NCBI GenBank assembly: GCA_016748015.1
Contig: JAAOMT010000773.1
Coordinates: forward strand, 13,725 to 42,969
From: Geosiphon pyriformis uo1
Taxonomy: Eukaryota; Fungi; Glomeromycota
Direction: 5' to 3'
DNA length: 29,245 nucleotides
A model generated the notes under the pieces. The model was not told the DNA's origin. It was given only the letters and a program-made list of their open reading frames with translations, and made no database searches. The position numbers and the translations under genes are program-made. Shown piece after piece: positions 1 to 9,619 of this stretch (position 1 is the stretch's first letter; each line of letters opens with the position of its first letter).

Positions 1-2
1 AA

Positions 3-540
3 AAGAGAGTGGCTGAGTCGTCCCAAACAAAACGCTCAAAGCAAAGAATTCACTTTGGTAGTCTAGAAGAGTCGGAAAGGCAATCACGCAAGAAAGCTGT
101 CGAGCCTGAGATGAAAAGCGAATATTTTACTGACTAGCTTTATGATATTTCTAATGTTACTTTAAATTTTCAAATGTTTTATAATTCAGGATTCTAACAA
201 TAATAGCATATCATTGGAAGATTTAGGTGTCTCATCTTTTTTTTCCGATCGACTTGTTCAATTTAGCCGTTTTAGAACTTGCCAGCAAAAAATCTAGCCG
301 AAGATATCAAGTATCATCATCAGCTGAATTTTGAGCAAAAAAAAGCCCTTTCTGTACCCATTGATGATGGCCGTGTCAGAGTAACTAAGGAAGCTTAACA
401 AACCACAATATTTATTTGGAAAAGGCGTATGGTATTTTTATTTTACTATGCTTTTAAGAGATTTGGATACATAAAGACTGGAGATCGACGCGATCGATTA
501 CGGTAATTACTATCGAAACTTGAAGATGCCGAAGTGAAAT
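3..540 (+). pseudogene. PRP4: Truncated pseudogene of U4/U6 snRNP protein Prp4 (PRPF4-type), N-terminal region with PRP4/SFM motif; WD40 part absent
   Basis: Manual translation gives KRSKQRIHFGSLEESER (cf. PRPF4 HIYYGSLEEKER), then FEQKKALSVPIDDGRVRV, a frameshift at ~384, LRKLNKPQYLFGKG, a phase-0 GT..AG intron 427-476, and TGDRRDRLR*LLSKLEDAEV (cf. consensus VPTDD..VR..LR.LGEP..LFGEGP.DRRDRLR.LLS). In-frame TAA at 504-506. Further probable introns at ~118-189 and ~228-276. Confidence 0.85.
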
Positions 541-2360
541 TACCTTCATTTAGTTCCTGGCTTTTTGGTTTTCTGAAATATCTAAGCATCAATATTGCAA
601 AAACCAAGAGAATTAAAACACCGCATATTATGATAATAGTTATGATTAATGTCATATTGATTGTTGTTGAGAATGAGGATAAAGATGAGGATGAAGATGA
701 AGATGATTCTGTGCTGGGTTTGATTTCAGATGAGTTTTGATATTTCAGGGGATATTTTGTGAGTTCCAACGCATTAGGTTCATATTTTGTTGTCCAATTA
801 AAATTTATCAGGTCTAAGACCCAAAATTGCTGATATTGGATAAATGGTTTCTATATTTTAAAATTTAAATTTTTAATATTCGAAAGAATTTTAGATTCAG
901 AAATGGCTCTAAATTGAATACTCACACTGATACCTAGCACATTCAAAAATTATAATCAAAATAAATAAATAAATATTCAATGTGTTTAATAATATTTCAA
1001 GCGATATAAATATAACTAACCAAAAGCCACAATGATATTTGTTCCAACTATGGTCATTATATGCTGAATTCTTACAGATGGAGGTTCTCCAGTTGTGTTT
1101 TGTATTTTCCAAACAAATTGTGTTTTAGTAGTATCTAAGATAATCAAATTGTTTGGAGCCCACGTTGTATTCGTTTCCATCCCCCCAAAAATGATGATAG
1201 TATTATTCGGAGCTAATTAGATTTTGAAAAAAAAGATTAACAACAATGAAAGCTTCCGAATATTGGTAAGTTTGGAAGTTTCCATAATAAATACTCTTTA
1301 CTTACTACCAACAGCTGTATGCAGTCCTCGTGCTGCTGGTACATCCCCCACTGCAACCTTGAAAACATAATTAATTTTCATGGATTAGCTTGACCTCTTT
1401 AAAAAACAAATTAATGAATAAGTTTCTTTAAGCAGATGAAAAACCTTTCGATCCCATTCTCCAGTAAATGTATCATATACATATATGTCAGACATACTGG
1501 AGAAATTATAAACGTTTTCAGCAAAAGCTCCACCAAGAACATACATTTTTCCATCACTCAATAAAGTGGCAGTATGTCTTAATATTGGCGCTGGAGAATT
1601 ATTTTTTATAAAATTCGTATATTTATTCAATATAGAATCATAAATCACCAAATCGTTTAGTATTTTTGTGTTATTTTTTTCATCAACCCCTCCACCAAAA
1701 AAATAAATTTTTGGCTCATTAAAACTAGTTACTGCCGAGTGTCCAAATCTGCGTGTTAGTAAAGAATTTGGGATCCCCCAAGTTTCAGATGTTAGGTCAA
1801 ATTTACGCATTGAATTCTGAGGTAGTGGATGTTGAGATGTACGACCACCGAAAATAAACATTTCTTTAAATTCGGCACCACCTATGCTAGCTGAATGTGA
1901 TTCACTCTGGTAATATTCAAATTCATTAAGCTTTTCCCAGGATGGTGAATCTACTGAAAAAGGTATTGACATATTAAGTGCCCAGAGCTCCGTTGTTGCG
2001 TTTTCTAATACGGTTCCATTGGTTGCGATTTTATTTCCTCCATACATATATAACCTAATTATAAGAAAGAATGTTGAAATTCCCATTTTCAATTCTTATC
2101 TTTTTTGATCTTTTCTATTAACTCTAAAAGATTATACACATAAATTTCTATTTCTTACATGTTACTTATGAGTACCATTGAATGTCCCCTTTAAATTTTG
2201 AAATCATATTTATTATTTATCCTGTTTTTAATATAAAGAAATTTATGGAAACTTACCATCGTGGATTAGGATTCACTCCAGATACTAAGCTAGAGGAGAT
2301 GAATATTAAGAAACAAAAATATATGTTAAATTGATTCCCTATTTTGTTGATTAAATTCAT
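446..2360 (-). CDS. Type-I membrane Kelch-repeat (galactose-oxidase-like beta-propeller) protein: signal peptide, Kelch repeats, Ser/Thr linker, one TM helix, short cytoplasmic tail; 466 aa if the last exon reads to 446
   Basis: Exons (minus strand) 2360-2257, 2188-2159, 2054-1445, 1357-1306, 1212-1021, 933-926, 850-446, all GT-AG, phases consistent, total 1401 nt. Starts MNLINKIGNQFNIYFCFLIFISSSLVSG. Kelch motifs PRWGHSMV..LYMYGG, HSASI..MFIFGG, RFGHSAV..IYFFGG, RHTATLL..MYVLGG, RGLHTAV..IIIFGG, RIQHIM..IIVAFG. TM segment LIITIIIICGVLILLVFAILML followed by RYFRK. The 3' end is uncertain because of an alternative donor GAAG|GTAATT at 544/543. Confidence 0.9.
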
Positions 2361-4280
2361 TATAAATTTGATTTTTTATTGAAGAATAAATTCAAGATAT
2401 TTTTTAAAATGAGTTCAAAAATTTTGCGGTTTTCGATTCATTAGAATGAACTAATTTAAAAGATAGGTTTAAAAGGAGTTTTTTGATTTAGCACCTTTTT
2501 TTTATAGTTCTTAAATTTTCCTTCGGTAATTCTCTGTTTGTATCAGGCGTGAACTCATAATTTGTCAAAAAATATTCTAGTATATTTATTTCTATTTTTT
2601 TGTTTATTTTGTGTAATCTAAAAATTTTTTTATCATTAAACAGAATGTGATCTCCTATGGCAAATAGCCTAATGAAGTAATATATTCATTTAAAAAGCTG
2701 ATTGTCAAAAACTTTATTTGCAAAGCGTGAAAGCAATAATGTAAATATAAGTCTTATTTATTCCTGCCGCCACTCATTTTGTTTACCCACCTTTTTTTTT
2801 CATTTGCCTAATGTATTCTAATTTCGTAAATCGAACCATGATGTCTTTAAGTGCTTCCGGTGTAACGGTTAATGCAACCAAGATTGTCAAACTAACTAGT
2901 CTTATATGTACAAATTAGTAATATTATTAATTTCATTAAAATTTATGTTATGTTGGCAAATAAGAAGTTTACTAATTTATTGATCAATTTTATAAATATG
3001 CACTCAAGATCAGATAGAAATATAAATGAATTTTACATCTAAAACATTATTTTACAAAATATTTATAAATATGTTCATTTGTAATAGAGAAACAAAGTAT
3101 CTTTAAATAAATAAAAAGTCACAAAAAAGTAATTGATTTATATAAATAGTAAACGTAAAAATCAAATTAAAGATGATTAGGCTCCCGGCGGTTGTTAAAT
3201 TTTTCATATCTTATATTTAATGTTGATATTTTGAATTGATACCATATTATAAAAACTGATCTATATTTCGTGCTGTGACATAATATTTACATGAGTGAAG
3301 ATATTATATCTAGTTTAAAATTTTTTACTAAAGCTTCGGATGTCCAATTATATTGAGTAATAACCTTAAAAAAATATTAATATATAATAAAATTATCACC
3401 TACAGCTTTATGTGTTTTATAATAACCAACATGTTGCAATTTTTAAATGCAATCTTATAATATTATATAATTATCTTTTAAACAAATCATTTCATAATTT
3501 TCATCAATTAAACGTATGGTATTATTAATTATTAATATGAAAAATGCTTTTTAACCCAAGTTTTAAATTAATAAAATGATTATTGAATTGTGAATTAAAT
3601 AAAATTTGTTTGACATATTAGATTCTTGAGTAATTAATGTCTTATTAAAACAATTTAAGGGAATTAAATTTAAGTATCTATTAAGAATAATGTTAAATTT
3701 ATTAATAGAAATAAAACTAATTAATTCAAGAACATTTTGAATATTAAAGGAATTGAAAAAAGAAAAATACGCAGCATAAAAATGCTTTGCATTAGTACTT
3801 TTGTAAATTTAAATTGTAATAGCAATATATTGACCAAATAAATTTTTAAAACATGATTTTGATTTCAAAACCGGAAAAAGTAACCTTCGATTCTTTCATA
3901 ATAATTTATAATAAATTGAAACAAGATTTAAAATTTGGCTATCAATGTTTAAAGAAATTGTTTTGACCATTTTTTTTGAATTCATTTTATTTTTAAAAAA
4001 AATTATTATTTCTGTGTCAACTAATAAATTAAAAATAATGTCAAGTTGGCATTATAAAGTTTTTTTATATTGTTTTTCTGTTTTTATTTTAAAATACTGT
4101 TAAATGTTGCTTCATTAGTGAATTTGTTATTTTTTTTATAAAACAGATAAAAGAAATTTTATATTTAATTGTATTACAATTGATTGTGAATATCAATATT
4201 TATTTTATAGTGTTATACAGTAAAATATTTACTAAAAACAAAATCAGTATAATACAAAAAATAACTTAGAGCGTTATTAT

Positions 4281-4301
4281 AATAATAATAATAATAATAA
4301 T
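4281..4301. repeat. (AAT)7 microsatellite
   Basis: Direct reading of aataataat... in intergenic DNA. Confidence 0.9.
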
Positions 4302-6450
4302 ATATATCAATAAAGTAATTACAACAATTTTTTAATTAAAAATTAATCTTAAAAAGATAGCTAATTGAAGAAATGATTGATTTACAACACGATTAATTGA
4401 AATATGATTAATTAAAAAGATAATCAATTAAAAAATTTTATTTGTTATAAACTCTCTTTTTTTTGTTCACAAACAAATAGTTTGATGGAAAATTTCTACC
4501 CATAATATTAACAAAAAAACAACTTATTGTTATTATTTGCAACCTCTAATTGCGTTCTTGAAAATAATTAGTTAATAAATCTTTCATTTACCATTATTTT
4601 TATTTATGTTATTATTTTGTAATTGCTTTTTTAATTATATTATTAATATTTATTTATTTACTTAGTTATTATTATACTTTTTTTACCTTTATATAGATTG
4701 CAATATCCTAAGGGCTCTTTTAATTATATTTTAAATTACTAATAGATTTTTATTTATTTTCTCTCTATTAATAAATTTTATACTTTAATTAACAGCAGTT
4801 ATTATTTCCTATTTTTGCATAATTTATTAATTATCATATATATAGCTTTTTTAATGAGAATAAAATCTATTTTCAATTTTGTTCCCGGTTTAAATTTCTT
4901 TTAGTTTATTAAATAAAAATTTTATATTAAAAAAATTACTGTTAAAGATTTAAAAATAATCAAAAAATTAACCAACCGATATTATATACAAAAATTCTTT
5001 ACAATTGAGTTTTTTTTAAAAAACATCACAAAACTTGATGTATTTTGTTAACATTATTTAGTATTAATCAGCCAATATTTTTGGAGTTTGAGTTTTTCAA
5101 ACATTTATTTATAAAGTATGTATGTATATTATAGATAATTGTTTTTTACAATTTTATAATTTTTTGGAAACACTTAGAAATTAAATAAATTTTAATTTTT
5201 TTACAAACATTTCTTTCTGAATACAATTTAATATATTTTTTTTAAGGTTTATAAATACATAATAGTTTGTCTAAGTTATTGATAATTTATTTATTTATTT
5301 TTATAGTTATACCTTTATTAATAGTTAATTTTAAGATTGTATTGGTATTTTGGTAATTAATTTTTTTTCAATATTGAAATTTATAATCAATTTTGTTCAA
5401 ATAAAGTATTTAATAATTTAATTATTTGTTTTCAAATCTTATTTTGTATAAAGTTATTAAAATTTCTGAATTAAAACAACCGAAATATAACAATTTTTGA
5501 TAAATTAAAACACAAATTAATGTAAAATTGTATAAACCAAGTGCTTTTTTTAATAATGTTTAATTTTTCGAGCTAGTTCTGTACTAGCTTATAGAGCATT
5601 AAATATAGCCACTCTACTTTAATACCATCATTATAATAAAATTTATTATCCTAAGATATTCTTTATCTTCTTAGATATTTTTGGTTAACTCAGTCTGACT
5701 TTCTATATTACTAAATCTATATAACGTATTATGTGTTATCATTATATATTTTATCTGTTTTATTTTATCTTTAAAAGTTATTTAATACAAACTTTTTAAT
5801 TAATCTACTATTTCATGAAAATAGTTTGTTATATTCATTAAAAGATTATTGAGCTAAGAGGATAAACATGAGCTGCTTTTATATCTTCATAATCATTTAA
5901 GGAAACTGTGCTGCTATAATTATTCCATTTTGCTGCGCTATGACTATGTTAGTACTTCTTTCAAATCCCTTTAAATCAATTAGTAATGGAAATAAAATAA
6001 CCAAGGATATCTATTCTCGGCAAATTTTAATCTTTTATTATATCTTAAAGTTGATGAATTGTAGAAATAGTATTTTCAAAGAAATTTTTGATATTTTGAA
6101 TCTAATAATACTATTTAGTAAAAATTTAAGTTTATTAAATCTTTTAAAATATTCTTTAAGAGCCTAATTATTTATACATCAAATTAATCTTTTAAAGTGT
6201 ATAGATTTCGCTAAATTGTAAATGATATTAACTAAGTAGAATAATAATCACAAAGTAAATCTGAATCAATAAAAGATAGAATATATTTTAAGTTGTATTT
6301 TGCAAGTTTAAATACGAATATTCACCAAATGGTTTAAAATTTTGAAGTTTTTTTTATAATTAAGACAAAAAATTCTTATAATGCTTTAAAATTTAAGAAT
6401 TTAATAGAATCAATAATTATTCTGAAATTAAAATAAAAATAATAATAATG

Positions 6451-6744
6451 TTTGACAGGCCGTCATGTAGTCTGGATCCAAATCCTATTGAAAATTTATG
6501 GGCCATCGTTAAATGTGAAGCAGAAAAATGGATGACGCAAAATATTGTTGAAGAATGGAATTCTTTGCCAAAAACCACGCTAATCAATTTAGTAAATTGA
6601 TTATCGAGAGTAAAGCGAAAGAATTGGATTTTAAATTTTACATTAAATAAAATCTTTGGCTTTTGGCCTTTCTAATAATATATTAATTATATAATTACTT
6701 GTAATTGTGGATTTGCAAAGTTAATTCTTTTTAGTCACACACTG
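6451..6744 (+). mobile_element. 3' fragment of a Tc1/IS630-like (DDE_3) transposon with right terminal inverted repeat
   Basis: Translates FDRPSCSLDPNPIENLWAIVK..EK..IVEEWNSLPKTTLINLVN (Tc1 motif WPSxSPDLNPIENLW). Ends ...TAGTCACACACTG at 6744 followed by TA, a Tc1-type CAGTG terminus plus TA target. No 5' part seen. Confidence 0.8.
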
Positions 6745-7759
6745 TATATTTGATAATTTCCTTTAAATTCTTTAACTTCTTATCTTAATGAGAATATAAA
6801 AGTTTTTGATAAATAGTAAATTATAAGGTTAAAACAATAATTAATTATTGAATAAAAATATATATTAAATAAACGAATCTTTTGAAAAATCAATTAGTTG
6901 AATTTTTAGAAGACCACTTGTATAGACTGCCTTTGGATAAATATGTGTTGAAAATTCAGTAAATATTTTATTATTTTGTCAGGTTTAAAATTTTTTTAAA
7001 AAGTCTTACCAAACCTATCAAATTCTAAAATATCCTTAAAATTAAATTTTCAAATTTAACATATTTTGATAATTTCAATGATTACCATATACAGTACCAG
7101 CTCATTATTAAAAATAAAAAACATAGAGAAATAATAATGATCAAATAAACAATTTTTCATAAAATTTAAAGTTATTATTATTATTATTATATAATAGTAA
7201 TAATAGCATAAAATTATTCTTTTTTTTCGTAGTCACACACTATTTTTATTTAGACCCAATAATTGATGAATGAATATAAATTCAAAACTTGATATCATAA
7301 ATTTGTCTTTGATTAAATACTTGGTAGTAATAAAATATTTCGAATTTTTATGATCACCAAATTACAGTTATATTAAATTATATTCCATTGAAATAATAAT
7401 AATGACATCTCCAAATAGACGAAAGTTGTATACTATCAATATTATATTGGATTTTGCTAAAGTAAATAAAATATTACAAAATATAATAGTCTATTAATAT
7501 GTAATTGAAACAGAACAGCATTCAAAACATAAATTTTAACAATATATGATTTATAAAATTATTATAATCAAAATGAGAATAAAGTAAATATTTTATTAAA
7601 TTATTTTTGAAATGTTTTGAATATTGCTAATAAAAATAATTTAAAAATGTTAAAAATGATTTAATTAAAAAAGTAAGTTATCGAATATTCAAACAAAATT
7701 TCAAAATACTCTCAAAATAATTCTTATATACTTTTAAGAGACTTAAATGGAAAATTAAC

Positions 7760-8450
7760 AATTACTGAAAAAAATTATTGTGAAATTTATTACCATTTGG
7801 TATCACTAAATTAGTTGAAAAAGTTATATAATTAAATATTTAATCTATAATTAATGAAGTACAGTTAAAAAAATAGATAAAAAGGGATAGAAAATTAAAA
7901 CAGCCACTGCTTAATTGATTGATTAATTGATTTTTTTAATTTAATTTGAACGAATATTTAAAAATAGTAATAATATTTAGTATATTTTATATTTTTAGTG
8001 ATCAGTTTTAGTTATGACATAAGCATTTTTTGAATAAAAATGATTTATTAAGTTAAAGCAAATTATAAAATCGGATATTACAAAAGTTTAATTATAAGGA
8101 ACATAAAAAAACTGAATATTGGATCATGAACTCAATTTAAATTAGTTAAATTTTTAATCTGATGGTTTTTTAATTATAACATAGTGAGAAAATTTTTTGA
8201 TTGTTTCTATTGAATTCTTAAAAAAACTTTGGCTAATTGTTGCAATGAGATATTTAAGTCAAATTATTAATAGAACTATTAGAGAGATTATAGCCTATTG
8301 ATTTAATAAATGCTAAAAAAAAAGTGTATTTGTAGCAAACCCAATACATAACTGAATTCATTAGTTTTTAAGACATTTATTAAACCATATTACCCAGAAT
8401 TTGGGGTTTTTAAGAAAATTAATACATTGAAAACTTAATTAGACAGGTAT
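7760..8450 (+). mobile_element. Very decayed rve-type (retroviral-like) integrase relic, Ginger/Gypsy/Polinton-like
   Basis: Frameshifted motifs in the expected order: EIYYH..(V)EKLY (~7780-7830), IDLIDF-like (~7920), YIL..DQFSY..AF..NK (~7980-8040), DCFY*ILKKTLA (cf. ERFNRTLK..LA, ~8200-8235), RTI..PIDL (~8272-8305). Several indels are needed. Confidence 0.4.
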
Positions 8451-8739
8451 TTTTTAAAGTTATTAAAGTTTAACAATAGATTTTAAATTATGATTAATTT
8501 ATAAAAAGTCTATTCTAACTAATTAATTCGATTTTATTAAATATTATATCAATTAAAAAGAGATGTTAGTATTTTTTATAGCTTCACAAAACTTTTTTTA
8601 ATATATTTCTGTCTTGCTAAATTTGCTTTTTTTTGTAAATAAATAATTTCATTTAAATTTAATTTGTTTATTATTCTAATAAGGATTAATTTATTTTTAA
8701 AACCTATAATAATACAATCAAATTAACATTTTTTTATTT

Positions 8740-9310
8740 AAAATGCTTTGACTTAAGAAACAAAAGTTCACAGAAGAAACAGCGAAATAAGTTGCTCTTA
8801 GACTTTAACCATTTTTAGAACTTATATTTGGTGAAATTATATTATAAATTTCAATATACTTTAATTTTTTTCTTTCAGCAAATCCTACTGATTGCTTTAT
8901 TAGAACCAAATTATTTTTTATTTAATAAAGTAATGCCAAAACACATTAAATTTTATATCGAGTTCTAAAAGATATAACTTTTTTAAATAAATTTTGTATA
9001 ATATATTTGTCAAGTAAAAGATGTCCAAAATAGATAAAAATTTAAATTTTTGATAATTTTAGACTAAATATCAAGATAAATATCGAGATTAGCTTTTTTT
9101 ATAATAATTTATTGACAAAAGTCATTAAATAAATATCTGAATTATTGACTCATTAAAATCCAAGATAAATTATATACAAGTAAGAACTAAAAAATTATAT
9201 TAAACTTATTATTAAAACTATTACTAAAATTAGAAAAGTGACTAGAGTGAATGAAAATTGTTAAAATCTTAAAACTAGATTATGTATTTAAGAAATTTAT
9301 TAATAAGCTA
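8740..9310 (+). pseudogene. Probable remnant of an N-terminal protein kinase domain of the Sel1 gene
   Basis: Short matches to the kinase C-lobe of the paralog at 26.9-27.1 kb (tatatacaag vs tatatccaag; ctattactaaa vs ccattactaaa) and an ENC*NLKTRLCI*EIY segment resembling CW..DP..RP.I.EI. It lies upstream of a linker homologous to the paralog's kinase-Sel1 linker. Confidence 0.4.
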
Positions 9311-9619
9311 TTAAGACCAACAAACTATAAAAAATAACAATAAAACAATAACAATCATAGTTAGTCTTTTTATGTCTTTTGCATTATTTAAGTTTCAAAC
9401 AATCTCTATTCATTTAAATTATGTAAATGAGAAAATAAAGTAAGAGTTTATTTTTAGAACTTTCTGACATTTCAGATTTAGCTTTTTTGAAAATTTGAGT
9501 TAAACTTTTTTAAAAATTTTTCTTTACTTATACAAATATTCAAAAATTAATAATGTATTTGTATTGCTTGAAAATTATGTTTTCAAAATTATCAATCAAA
9601 AATCCAACTTTATCTGACT

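Noticed and set aside
534-740. Plus-strand ORF with acidic run ENEDKDEDEDEDD that might continue Prp4
   Set aside because: It is the antisense shadow of the Kelch Ser-rich stalk and TM exon; Prp4 similarity ends at ~540.
909-1112. 67-aa minus-strand ORF
   Set aside because: Alternative frame over Kelch exon 5 and the following intron.
2851-2900. tRNA-like segment gcttccggtgtaacggtta…ttgtcaa
   Set aside because: No TTCGA T-loop, acceptor stem or anticodon stem.
5691-5707. cagtctgactttctata resembling the left TIR of the pogo element
   Set aside because: Not preceded by TA, imperfect and ~10 kb away; chance similarity is plausible.
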